Below are positions 27,339-39,785 of a stretch of DNA of 64,000 nt, in pieces. Under the pieces are notes generated by a model that made no database searches, was not told the DNA's origin, and saw only the letters and a program-made list of their open reading frames with translations. The stretch is from Paraspadella gotoi (taxonomy: Eukaryota > Animalia > Chaetognatha). The stretch's first letter is position 1. Every line of letters begins with the position of its first letter. The translations under genes and the position numbers were made by a program. The DNA is taken from NCBI GenBank assembly GCA_051294375.1, contig CM119265.1, forward strand, positions 2,146,311 through 2,210,310, given 5' to 3'.

Positions 27339-27494
27339 GTGGCTCAAGAGCTCGGCGAAAACTTGACGGACGAAGAGATACAAGAAATGATAGATGACGC
27401 CGACGTCGATGGGAAAGGATACGTGAAGCCGAGAGATTATTGGCGGGTGATGATGACAGAGGAATTACAAATGACAGTTGTTGACGGGCGATGA
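27339..27494 (+). CDS. Centrin-like terminal exon 6 ([51 protein letters not shown]), EF-hand 4
   Basis: Very close to centrin [25 protein letters not shown].V; cag acceptor; TGA at 27492-27494. Confidence 0.92.
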   Translation: [51 protein letters not shown]

Positions 27495-27764
27495 TTAGAG
27501 AGAGATGACAAATGACAATTATTGCCGGGTGATGATGACAGAGAGATGACAAATGACTGTTGTTGACGGGCGATGATGACAGAGGAATGACAAATGAAAG
27601 TTATTGGCGGTTGATGATGACAGAAGAATGACAAATGATAATTATTGCGGGATGATGATGATAGAGAGATGACAAATGACAGTTATTGGCGGTTGATGAT
27701 GACAGAGGAATGACAAATGACAGTTATTGGCGGGTGATGATGATCGAGAGATGACAAATGACTG
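27437..27764. repeat. 41-bp minisatellite, ~8 copies, overlapping the centrin C-terminus and 3' UTR
   Basis: Unit ttattggcgggtgatgatgacagaggaatgacaaatgacag recurring at ~41-bp period. Confidence 0.9.
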
Positions 27765-29351
27765 ATGACTGACAAAGAAAATATGTCATGATTGTTTGAA
27801 GTAATTTAAAAGGGGGAAGGCCGCTATCATTAAAAGTAATTTGGTTATAGATATGAGTAATTAAGAAGGGGTTAGTGAGTTAATGAGTTAATGAGAACCT
27901 TGAGTTAACATTTTCCTCTAAAGGTTATAAATGATGACAGAGTTAAAGATGTTGTCAGGTTTAAGACGCTGACAGATTTTGTCATTATGGAGAGAACAAT
28001 GANNNNNNNNNNNNNNNNNNNNNNNNNNNNNNNNNNNNNNNNNNNNNNNNNNNNNNNNNNNNNNNNNNNNNNNNNNNNNNNNNNNNNNNNNNNNNNNNNN
28101 NATAGACCACGCACAACAGGGATGGAAGAGGGAGAGAGGCCCAGATGCGTAAATCTGAGGGAGGTGGCCGGGAGGAGGAGGAGGAGGAGGAGAAAGGAGG
28201 AGGGAGGATCGAGAAAGCAAAACGAGATTAAGGAAGAAGCGAAGGACTTAAAGTCACGATGACTAAACAAAAAAAAACAAAAAGTCATCGATTCGTTTTT
28301 TAATATGTTTATTTTTACAAAACTTTTTAAATAGAATTATATTTAGAAAAAAATATTTTCCTAATTATTTCGAGTTTTTTTTATGTTAATTGAATCGTAG
28401 TTGTTGTTAGTTTGTTTTTTTGTTTTAGTTAATTTAAAAAAAATATTTGGCGCCTTCGTCGACGCGAAAACAAAAGACGCCCCCTCGTCTTCCCCCCCGC
28501 GAAACAACAAAACAAAAACAGAAAAAACGGAGGAGAGAAAAAATGAAATTAATGAATTAAAATCGAAAAAAAATTGTTTATTTAACAAAAAAGTTATACT
28601 TTTTCCAATTATTTTTGTTCCGAGATTTTTATCTTTCCAAATTTTAGGAATTATTTGGCGTTAATTTTGGGTTGGATTGAATGTACACGACGTAACCCTT
28701 TGTCGACTTTCGGAACAGAAATAGTAATAGACCCGTGTCTGTCTATCACCTTATATACTGGAACCCATTCGTGAAACTAGTCACATTCCATAAAAGAGAC
28801 CTCGGGGAGTTCCCTAGGCTAATTTTAACATTTTTTTGACTGGTAATTTTTAAATAAAATTAGTTTTTGTGAAAAAAATGTAAGGAAGGCCGTGCTGCTA
28901 AATCTGTGCTTCTCTGATAGGCCTTCCTTATCTTCCGCATTCTCACTTATTCTTCCCTTCTCACTTATTCTTCCCTTCTCACTTATTCTTTCCTACCAAT
29001 AGTTTTCCCTTTCACTGACCACGATGATCTTTGCCAGTTTGACGTCTCGTTGCCATCTGTCCCGCCGTCTCACGTGATGGTCTCCGAGTGATGCCACCCA
29101 ATTGTGAGGATCGTTGCCGCTGAGATTGGGAAGTTGGGCGGGGGAGTTTAAAATAGAGCAAGGGTTGTCAAAGATGATATATTATGCGTCACGTTTTTTG
29201 ATATACTATGAGAAATAGAATAAGTATCGATAAGAAAATCATGATTCCAAATGATTATTGTGGGTGAAAAATGTCAGGTTAATAAATAAAATCTGTAGCT
29301 TTATTGATTAGATTGTTAATTATGAACTGATTTATGAATTAATGAAAATAT

Positions 29352-29547
29352 GGCTTTCTTTTTCAAAAACGTCCCATTTCTGTTCCTTTATCTATAATAA
29401 AAAAACAAAATCTAATCATAAACCCATTGATCTCTAACCTGATTCCAAACCTGGTCCCTAGCCCTAACCTGTAACTTAATCTTCAAACCTAAAACTAACT
29501 TAATTCCAAATTTAATATAAAATGAGGCGTTTTGGGAAAATATGGTC
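29352..29547. mobile_element. Merlin-like MITE copy
   Basis: TIRs ggctttctttttcaaaaacgtcccatttc / aaatgaggcgttttgggaaaatatggtc; flanks gaaaatat / gaaaataa (7/8); internal taacc motifs. Confidence 0.65.
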
Positions 29548-32500
29548 GAAAATAAAATTATATACAAATCAGAGAATTCTTACCCTTTTCTGAAAAACAG
29601 AAGCAGAGGGAAAACAATTAAACATTAAACGTGAAACATTTCAAATTCATTTAAGTTTAATTCAGTTTAATTCTATTCAGTTTTAAAAAAACTCACAGAT
29701 CGAAACAGTGAGCCGCAGTAAGAATGAACTTCTCACTGATGAGCGTCCCGCCGCATTTGTGATAACCTTTCTGGAGAATTAATAAATTAAAACAGATAAA
29801 GATACTCTTTTTCTATTTTTTTCATATTTATCTAATCTTCTTTTATCAATTTCTTTAACTACATAATTTTGTAATTATTCTTTTTTTAAAAAATTGATAT
29901 TTTATACTTAATAGATTTTCCTTTATATCTTTTTTCTTCTCTGTCTCTTATCTTCTTTCTCTTTTCTTCTCTTTTCTCCTCACCTCTCTCCTCTCCTCTC
30001 TTGCCCTCACCTCTCCTCTCTTCTTCTCTTTCCTATCTTTCTATCCAATAGATTATACACACACACACACAATACACAGTATTACACAGTATTATACAGT
30101 ATTACACAGTATTACACAGTATTACACACCTCCATCAATTAATTTAACCATTTAGAAACAAAAATATTGAATTAATGATCTTATTAAACATAATTATCCT
30201 GCCGATCGAGTATGAATCTAACTAATAAATTAGAAATATTTTAAAAGAATTCGGTCTAATATAGTTTAATGTCTAATATAGTCTAATGTCGCGATTTTTA
30301 TATAAATTTTAAAATATTAGACATTAAATATACATAAATCTCTTTCCCCTTAAGAAAAAATCTTAAGGGGAAAGTCGTCTTCCTTTGTCGTCGCTGATTT
30401 TCCATTTTAATAATATAACGACCTTAAAATTTAAATTAAAAAAGATATTTAAAAATTTACCAGTTTGAGGGAGACCATCCAAGGCCAGGCGCCTTGCTTG
30501 GCGTCGCTGCCTCCGAGGACCAAGCGCAGAGTCGTGAGCGGAGGAGGAGGCGCGACACACCACACGAGAGGCGGAAAAGGAAGGACGAGAAGAAGGGAAA
30601 GAGGCGGAGGGAATGGATGATGGAGCGCGACGACAGGGCGGGAGAGAGGAAGGAAGGGAGAGGGATACGGCAAGAGGGAAGCAGGAGACGGTGAGGAAAG
30701 CAGAAGCAGAAAAGGACCGGAAACGAGAATAAAAGGGACGGAGTGAGATGCGCAGCCGAGCGAGAGCACGAGAGGAGATGGAGAGAAAGAGAGCAGGGGA
30801 GAGAGGGAGGAAAGAGAGAGAGAGAAAAGAAGGAAAAACGAGAAACAAGGGGGAGGAGAGGGCCACGGCAGACGAGACGAGAGGATCAGCCGAGGAAAGA
30901 GAGACGGAGAGAGACGGGAAGGAAAGGGAGAGAGAAATGGAAGCGAAAGAGAAAAACAAGGGGGAGCGAGATGGCAGGGAGAGACGAGAGAGGAGAGGGA
31001 TGCAAACGAGAGAGAGATAAGGGAAGGAAAGGGAAGCACAACGAGCGAGAAAGAGAAAAATGCGAGCAGACGGAAAGCAGAAAAAAAAATAATTAAATAC
31101 TAGAATATAAAATTCATTAACAAATGACAGAAGAACTTAAAAAATCGCTACACAAAACCCTTTATCTAATACTATAATTTAATATAATACCATTATAAAA
31201 TTACATAATTAAAAACTTGCAAAAAAAAACAGAAAGGAAAAGACAAAAAGACAAAATGTTCCCACTCTATTTCGCGCTATTTCACAAAAAAATGAGTCGA
31301 CAACTTAAAATCTTCATGAATCAAAACTCTATCTGAACGAATCAAATATTTTTTTCATCAAATTCCTTTTTTTTACTTAGTTTGTTAAACTTCTTTCTCT
31401 TTCTTTCTCTCTCTTCTTTCTCTTTCTTTCTTTCTTTCTTTCTTTCTTCCTTTCTTCTTTCTTCTTCTTCTCTTTTGTCGCAGATAGAGCAAAAGAAAAA
31501 AGCTTGCTCGCCTCCGCATTTTTCCAGTTTTGTTTCTCTTCTTCCCTTTTATCGTTTCTGTCATTCTTTGATTTCGAACAAATTTTGTCATTTGCATACG
31601 TCGGGGAATCGTCGTCGTCGCTTTCGTCGTGTTGTTGTCGTCATCGTCTGTCTTGTTTGCAAATATTGCCTCGCCCGACTTTGTTGCGGCTTCGTAATGA
31701 CGGTTTTTAAAATTTGGGAACATTAACTTAATAATGTAAACTTTAAGTTTCACAGCTCTTTAATCAGCACATCTGCAAAAAAAAAATTGCTGTACAGGAA
31801 ATTATACTTGATTTAAAATTAACGAGCAAGTTGTGACGAAAAGCTTCTGAATGTCATTTTTAATCCCGATATATCTAAATTAATTCTGAAATATCACAAA
31901 GATCAACTTTTATAAAACATTATAACTACTTCCCTCTTCATCCTCCTCCTTCTTGTCATCTATAACAACAACATCATCTTCATCATTGTCGACGTCGTCT
32001 TCATCGTCGTCGTCATCGTCGTCATCGCCATTTTGGACTCAAATTCAATTTGTTCTTTTGTTTCCTCTTTCGTTCTTCCGCCGTCGCGTCGCTCGCAATC
32101 AGTTTATCGTTGTTGTTTCTCCAGTCGACGTTGTCGTCATTGTTGTTGTTGTCGTTGTAGTTGTAAGTCAACGACGTCCCTGTCGTTGTTATCATTTTAC
32201 ATTTGTGAAATTTTTTAATCAGTTGACTCAAAAATATTAGATGAGATGAGATGAGATGAGAATTATTAGATGAGAACTGATAACATCTAAATGAAAATAA
32301 CAGATGACAGATTGTCAACTATGAATCGAGAGGGTAGTTGTCGTCGTCGTCGACGTTGTCGTCGTCGTCGTCGTCGTCGTCGAGAGACACAGAAGTTCAT
32401 TTTGGTCTTTTTCGTTGTTGTTTTTATCGATACCGATATCCGATGTTGTTTTTGGCCATTTTAGCAACGTGGTTGTCGTCGTCGTCATCGTCGTCGTCAT

Positions 32501-32709
32501 GTTCGCTTTCTTAGCCGGCAGCTCCGTCAAAATATAGAGAGTTTGATGATGTAGTTCTTTTATTATTGTTTTTGCTGTTGTTGTTATTTTTGTTGTTATT
32601 GTTGAGTCTTCGATTTGTATTTGATTAAATTCTTTTCTCTACCGGCAGATAGCAGGCATGGGGGTTATTCAATCATGGTGCATAAGGTGTGCTAACATTG
32701 TTTGGTATA

Positions 32710-33375
32710 ACTAGTAGACCGGAACAGGTTGAAAACTAGAAGTTCCCTCAAATTTTAAAGTGGCTGTTAGAGAATATGAAAATGAAAATAGTTTTAAGAT
32801 TTATCTTTTAGATAAGCGCTTGGAACCATTTAAAAATATTTTAAAATTTTTTAAAAAGATTCTTATAGATCTTTAAAAGTTAGATAAAGGTTTAAAATTG
32901 TTTTGTTTTATTGATGAAATTGAATAAAAATATAAAATTCAGCCAATGATAATGATAAGGATNNNNNNNNNNNNNNNNNNNNNNNNNNNNNNNNNNNNNN
33001 NNNNNNNNNNNNNNNNNNNNNNNNNNNNNNNNNNNNNNNNNNNNNNNNNNNNNNNNNNNNNNNNNNNNNNNNNNNNNNNNNNNNNNNNNNNNNNNNNNNN
33101 NNNNNNNNNNNNNNNNNNNNNNNNNNNNNNNNNNNNNNNNNNNNNNNNNNNNNNNNNNNNNNNNNNNNNNNNNNNNNNNNNNNNNNNNNNNNNNNNNNNN
33201 NNNNNNNNNNNNNNNNNNNTATATATTAATAAATATATAAAATCTTCGGTGTAACAACCAAATGAACTTATTCAAAAAGTTGCATTGAAAATCTATTTAG
33301 TAGAGCATGGAAAAAATACATTTTTTGAGAGAACGAGAAGTTATAAAAAGTGTTCAATTTGGTCCACCTTATTAA
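32710..33375. mobile_element. Interspersed repeat fragment shared with internal part of the HINE (~21730-22080)
   Basis: Shared ccggaacaggttgaaa.ctagaagttc and aatgaact...cattgaaaatc...ttagtag motifs; interrupted by a gap. Confidence 0.5.
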
Positions 33376-33632
33376 CGAGTTTGGTGAGAGGTTCTGCTAT
33401 ATTTTAAGAAAAGTTTAAGCGCATTTAGACATAGAACACACTTTCATGTGAAGGTTTCTACACTGTGGAGTCAAACAAACTTCTTTGCAACTGTAAGACT
33501 GACGGACAAACTATCATTAAAACTTCCAGGGAGTTATGACAGAAAAACGTTGACGCTTTATTGTTTTCTTTTTATGACAGAAAAAAAAAGGAGGAAAAAA
33601 AAGAAAAGGAAGTAGACGAATATTTTATTTTT

Positions 33633-33886
33633 GGCTCTTTTTTCAGAGAGTCTCCAATTTCTGTTGGTTTATCCTAAAATTAAATTTTAATCTTAATCCC
33701 GAACCCTAACCTTAAATCGTTATCCCAAACCTAATCCTCTAATCCAAATCACGAACAAAATCTTAAAACTTATTAACTTAATCCCTAACTTAATGCTTAA
33801 CCACAACCCTAATCTTTAAATTTATCTAAAAAACTGATCTAATTCCGGATTTTAGATGAAATGGGGCGTTCTGAAAAAATAAGGCC
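33633..33886. mobile_element. Merlin-like MITE copy
   Basis: ggctcttttttcagagagtctccaatttc ... gaaatggggcgttctgaaaaaataaggcc with internal ccctaacc repeats. Confidence 0.65.
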
Positions 33887-34254
33887 ATATTTTCAACACG
33901 AACAGAAAACAAAACACGACAAAAGACAACAACAAAAGGTTAGGAAACAGCACGACGACAACGACCGATGACGACGACGTAGAAATCTATATAATGCCTA
34001 TAAATCCAAACTTGATACCGGAAACCCAAACAGTCGACGACGACGACGGCCCGGCGCCGCGGAATAAAAGGGAACATATCCGGAAATATCCGCCTGTTTG
34101 GGCTTTCGTTGTGGTCGGTTATGGGTAGTATTGTTTGGGTTGATGAATCGTTGTGGTTAATATTGTGGTCGGTTATGGGCATTTGTGGTCAGTTATGGTC
34201 GGTTGTAGGCATTTGTGATCGTTTGTTTGCATTTATGGTCGATGTGGGCATTAA

Positions 34255-34881
34255 GGCCGTAGTAAATATTCCTAAGTTTAACTTTAATTAAATTCTAAAA
34301 GTGAGGAACGAACAACATTATACTTATGAACATTTAAGTATAAAAAAAATTTTTATAAATAAATTTTTTACAATTTACGCAGTAGGCCATATTTATACTA
34401 GTACTAAAACAATAAATGTTAAAATTTCAAAACAGTTTTTTTCTAAGATTTTTGCAGATTTGGATTCGTCATAAAAAGTTGATAAAAAGAATTATAACTC
34501 TTTTTGAAAAATTCCTTCATTAAGACTTTAAGTGGGTCAAAAAATTAGAAAAGCTATATTTTAAAGCTGAAAATTAACTTTTTATATTTAATTAGAGTTT
34601 TTTTTTAATTTTTAACCCACTTAATGAAAGAATTTTTAAAAAAATGAATTACATTTTCTTTTATCAAACTTTTGACGAGGAATTCAAATCTGCATCAAAA
34701 TTAAGAAAAGCCTATTTGAAATTTTTTTCGATTTTTATAAGGATAGTACTTATATAAATATAGCCTACTGCAAAAAATTAAAAAAACATAAAATTAATTT
34801 TTTTTACAAATTAATGTTTCACTGATGGTATGTTGTTCATAATTGACTTTTAGAATTTTCGTATGTAACTTTCACTACGCC
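34255..34881. mobile_element. Foldback (whole-length palindromic) MITE, TTAA-flanked, Kolobok-like
   Basis: Paired arms aattctaaaagt/acttttagaatt, gaacaacat/atgttgttc, gcagtaggc/gcctactgc, tgcagatttg/caaatctgca, ttaagtggg/cccacttaa. Flanks ttaa / ttag. Interrupts a ~20-bp tandem repeat. Confidence 0.75.
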
Positions 34882-35132
34882 TTAGTGGGCATATGTGGTC
34901 TGTTAATGGGCATTTTGTGGTCGGTTGTGGTTCGCTGGCTTTATCATTTTTTTACTTGGTTTATTCGTTTGCATCGCATTAATACTTCACATCAGCATCA
35001 CTTCAGCCTCAACCTCACTTTACCTCACCATTTCTCAGAAATGGCACGAGAGAGTTTCTCTACTGTAACCATCTTCTCTTCAAATTCATCCTTTACTCAA
35101 GCCACTCCCTCTAGCCCTTCCCAAAAAAGTTG

Positions 35133-35575
35133 GGCTCTCTTTTCCAAGAGTGCCCTCTTTTTATTATTTTTTCTAAGATTTTAATTTTATCTTTAATATT
35201 CAACCTAAACATATTTATAAATTTATGGATCAATCTGAAACCCTAATTTTTAACCCTAATCCCTAATCCTTAACTGTAATCCCTAAGCCTAATCCATAAC
35301 CTTAATCCCTAACTTCATCCTTAACTCTAACCTTCAATACTTATCCTTAATATCTGACCCTAACCTTCAGTCATCAAGACTAGTCCCAAACTTAATATCT
35401 GACCCTAACCTTCAGTCATCAAGACTAGTCCCAAACTTAATATCTGACCCTAACCTTCAGTCATCAAGACTAGTCCTAAACTTAATATCTGACCCTAACC
35501 TTCAGTCATCAAGACTAGTCCCAAACTTAACCTAATCAAAAACCAAATCCCTAACCTTAATCCTTAACCTTAATC
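35133..35575. mobile_element. Merlin-like MITE copy (left part) containing a 45-bp x4 tandem repeat at 35346-35525
   Basis: Left TIR ggctctcttttccaagagtgccc; taaccc motifs; runs into a gap. Confidence 0.6.
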
Positions 35576-36722
35576 NNNNNNNNNNNNNNNNNNNNNNNNN
35601 NNNNNNNNNNNNNNNNNNNNNNNNNNNNNNNNNNNNNNNNNNNNNNNNNNNNNNNNNNNNNNNNNNNNNNNNNNNNNNNNNNNNNNNNNNNNNNNNNNNN
35701 NNNNNNNNNNNNNNNNNNNNNNNNNNNNNNNNNNNNNNNNNNNNNNNNNNNNNNNNNNNNNNNNNNNNNNNNNNNNNNNNNNNNNNNNNNNNNNNNNNNN
35801 NNNNNNNNNNNNNNNNNNNNNNNNNNNNNNNNNNNNNNNNNNNNNNNNNNNNNNNNNNNNNNNNNNNNNNNNNNNNNNNNNNNNNNNNNNNNNNNNNNNN
35901 NNNNNNNNNNNNNNNNNNNNNNNNNNNNNNNNNNNNNNNNNNNNNNNNNNNNNNNNNNNNNNNNNNNNNNNNNNNNNNNNNNNNNNNNNNNNNNNNNNNN
36001 NNNNNNNNNNNNNNNNNNNNNNNNNNNNNNNNNNNNNNNNNNNNNNNNNNNNNNNNNNNNNNNNNNNNNNNNNNNNNNNNNNNNNNNNNNNNNNNNNNNN
36101 NNNNNNNNNNNNNNNNNNNNNNNNNNNNNNNNNNNNNNNNNNNNNNNNNNNNNNNNNNNNNNNNNNNNNNNNNNNNNNNNNNNNNNNNNNNNNNNNNNNN
36201 NNNNNNNNNNNNNNNNNNNNNNNNNNNNNNNNNNNNNNNNNNNNNNNNNNNNNNNNNNNNNNNNNNNNNNNNNNNNNNNNNNNNNNNNNNNNNNNNNNNN
36301 NNNNNNNNNNNNNNNNNNNNNNNNNNNNNNNNNNNNNNNNNNNNNNNNNNNNNNNNNNNNNNNNNNNNNNNNNNNNNNNNNNNNNNNNNNNNNNNNNNNN
36401 GTTCTGGGAAATAAGAAGGGCTTACGTTCGACTCGAGCGACGTTTCTCTCTCGTCGCCGAAAAACGTAACAACGACTCAACCTATTTTCCCGTTACGTCG
36501 ATCAATCACATCGGGTTCCGAGTTAAAACAGTCAAAGTCGGGATTATGATGGCCTGATCCTTTTTTCAATCTTTTTTTTCTTTCTGTCTTTCTATTTTTT
36601 CTGTCCTTTTTTTTTTTACTATTTTTCGTGCGAAATTCTCTCCTGCGAATCTTCTCTCCCGAAATCGGAAAAAAATGACAAAAAGGGGAAAGTGCGCTCA
36701 CCTTAGGCAATCTCTCTCCTCT

Positions 36723-36771
<49 letters not shown>

Positions 36772-37051
36772 CTCACTATCTCATCTGAATCTTCCTCTCT
36801 CTCTCATTCGTTCTCATTGTTTTTCTGTCAGTCAAGAGGTGACATTAGTTTCGGGATTTGGTTCGGGGAATTTCTTGTTGTTGTTGTTGTCGTTGTTGTT
36901 ATCGTTGTTGTCTTGTTTTCACTGTTGTTGCAAAGAATGTCTTTCACTGTTGTATATTGCTATTTTGTTTTCTGTTATTTTATATGAAACGAGTTTTTCC
37001 CCTGAAGGCAAAACATTAATTGAGGTTATATCCTTGAACTACGCATTCATG

Positions 37052-37088
<37 letters not shown>

Positions 37089-37369
37089 NNNNNNNNNNNN
37101 NNNNNNNNNNNNNNNNNNNNNNNNNNNNNNNNNNNNNNNNNNNNNNNNNNNNNNNNNNNNNNNNNNNNNNNNNNNNNNNNNNNNNNNNNNNNNNNNNNNN
37201 NNNNNNNNNNNNNNNNNNNNNNNNNNNNNNNNNNNNNNNNNNNNNNNNNNNNNNNNNNNNNNNNNNNNNNNNNNNNNNNNNNNNNGAGAGAGAGAGAGAG
37301 ATAGAAAAAGAGAGAGAGAAAGATTACGAATCAAATACGAATATACAAAAACATCAAGAGCCCAAAATT

Positions 37370-37397
37370 GTTGCCATGGTAACGGTGGAATAAACAG
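37370..37397. promoter_or_regulatory. Canonical RFX X-box GTTGCCATGGTAAC with adjacent forkhead-like ATAAACA
   Basis: 14-bp near-palindromic match to the RFX consensus. Confidence 0.45.
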
Positions 37398-37472
37398 ACA
37401 CAACCCCATAGATACGCGTAAACGTTTTTGGGGCTAAAAGTCATAAAAAAGGTCAGAGGTAGAAGGACGACG

Positions 37473-37507
<35 letters not shown>

Positions 37508-37688
37508 AAAGATGACGACGACGACGACGGCGGCGAAGATTACGTTTCGAAAATCGATTGACCATAATTCTACTTATGAGTCATCAAATTAAGATGAAGT
37601 CGACGCATAACTGAATCTGTGGATGACGTTTGTGAAAGACATCAATAAAAAAAGGATCATCATCATNNNNNNNNNNNNNNNNNNNNNN

Positions 37689-37724
<36 letters not shown>

Positions 37725-39157
37725 GTCTCTAGTTTGTTATGATCGTCGTCGTTGTCGTCATTGTCGTCATCATTATCATCATCGTCATCTTTGTCATCAT
37801 CATCGTTGTCGTCATCATCATTATCTTCACCATCGTCGTCGTCGTCGTCGTCACCGTCGTCATCATCATCGTCGTCTTCCAAATCTTCACATTTCTCCAC
37901 AGCTGCGTCTCAGATTCAAGTCTCATTTCTCTTTTAAGACTTTTTTTTCAAAAAATAACTTTTTTCATCTTCGTCGTCGTCGTCGTCGTCGTCGTCGTAG
38001 TCGTCGTCATCTTCCTCATCGGTGTCAAAATTTATCTGATTAAATATATCTCTATGAATGGCATCACATCACATCACATCACATCATTATGGACACTGAT
38101 ATTGGTTCCTTTACGTAAATATTTTCTCATTGTCATTATCATTATCATTGTCTGCATCAACATCGTCATTGTTGTCATTGTAGTTTATATCATTAATTAT
38201 ACCATTATATTTCAATGTGACTGTACGTTAAGTCTTTTCTGTTGTAGTCATTAAATCGCCCTTTTCTTTACCTTGATTATCTTTTGTAAACATTTAATTA
38301 TTGTCATCATCAAAGTCGTCATCTTCATTGTCATTTTCTTTGACCTCGTCATTGCTATCATTGTCACTTAGGATGTCATCGTCATCGTATGTGATCAACT
38401 TTGCCTCTATGAAGGGCAACGTAACCTAAATATTTACTATTGTAGTCATTATCACATTTTAAAGAGACACAGATTTTAATTCCCTCTTTGAAAACATTTT
38501 TATTGTCGTCGTCCACCTCTTCCTCCTACTCCTCCTCCTCCTCCTCCTCCTCCCCTTCCTCCTCCACAACCACAGCTGCGATTTCCTCTTTCGCTTCCAT
38601 CAGAGGATAAAAATAATTCTTTCTATTTTTTTTTAGAGGCATCTTCTTCTTCTTCTTCTCCTTCTTTTTCTTCTTCTCCTTCTTCTTCTTCTTCCTGGGT
38701 AATTGCTTTTCAGATTGCTATCCTGACTGTATGCACTTTTGTAAGAGATGATTATTTAATATGATCTTAAATGAGATTGAATCTCTCAATCTCATTTACA
38801 TATTGCAGTATTAAATCTAAATGTGTCTATTTTCATTTTGGATTTTAATATTAGTTCTGTTTCATGGTTTTCCAGGAGCTAAATATAGTCTTTAGCAATG
38901 TTAATGATTAACATTGATACTTAGTTATATGCTTATCTTATCTTAGGCAAACATACCGTCGTATACTTTCTCGTCAACCCGTACATAAATGCTGTTCGGA
39001 TGGCATTTTTCTTGACGCCTTTGCGGTGGTTAGTTTTTTAAAAAAATTTCTGACGTTAATTTCATTTAATTAACAGCGTTGTAAAATTGTTTTTTTTTAA
39101 GGTGTTAATTATTACTTCTTTTCAATGCGTCGTCGTCGACTTATCGTCTTCGTTGTC

Positions 39158-39189
<32 letters not shown>

Positions 39190-39667
39190 TTCGTTATCTT
39201 CCTCTTTACGTTTTGCCTTCCTTCTTTTTCTCCAGAGAGGAGGTAAGACGAGTATCCGTTAAACTTGATAAGTTTTTTTAATTAAATATTAATCCAATTG
39301 GTTAATATGTACGTGATTAAACTTGCTTATTGGTGATGATAAATATTACAGACGTTATATATATTACGATACATCTCATACACGGGATGTAGTATTAAGC
39401 AATTATTATTATAGATTTATATTTTTTTTTTAAACTGAATTAGATTCAACTTGTAAAACCCACTACGAATTGCTTAATATATTATTGATGTTATTTAAAA
39501 GAAGATTTTTGAATATATTACAAGCATTAATCTCGTGTTTCCCTAGAAATTTGAAAAAAAAGAGAAAAAAAAAGAAAGAAAATGAAAAAAAAAGAGAGAA
39601 GACTCCCTATTGTTTCATATTTTATGTTGCTCTTTTGTTTAATATTTGATGCTGTTCTTTTGTTCAC

Positions 39668-39785
39668 CTTGAGTCGCGGGATGAATAGGATGAAGATGAG
39701 GAAGAGGAAGAGGACGAGCAGGAGGAAGAGGAGGAGGAAGAGGAGCTGAAGTCGAATTGTCTCTCTTCTTCTCCGGTGAAAGACT
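39668..39785 (-). CDS. Tentative Pro-rich exon (SLSPEKKRDNSTSAPLPPPLPPARP...), following the mucin-like exon
   Basis: tttcctttggcag acceptor, gtgaac donor; open in phase 0, matching the upstream exon; low complexity. Confidence 0.35.

Noticed and set aside
28879-29150. Possible solo LTR starting TGTAAGG
   Set aside because: No matching CA terminus, TSD or partner LTR identified
30363-31096. R/E-rich and S/L-rich ORFs
   Set aside because: Purine-rich low-complexity tract with no domain signal
34019-34093. Possible minus-strand exon (cag...gtatca)
   Set aside because: Short, several frames open, no recognisable homology
35346-35525. 45-bp direct repeats as a CRISPR array
   Set aside because: Head-to-tail copies without spacers, inside a MITE
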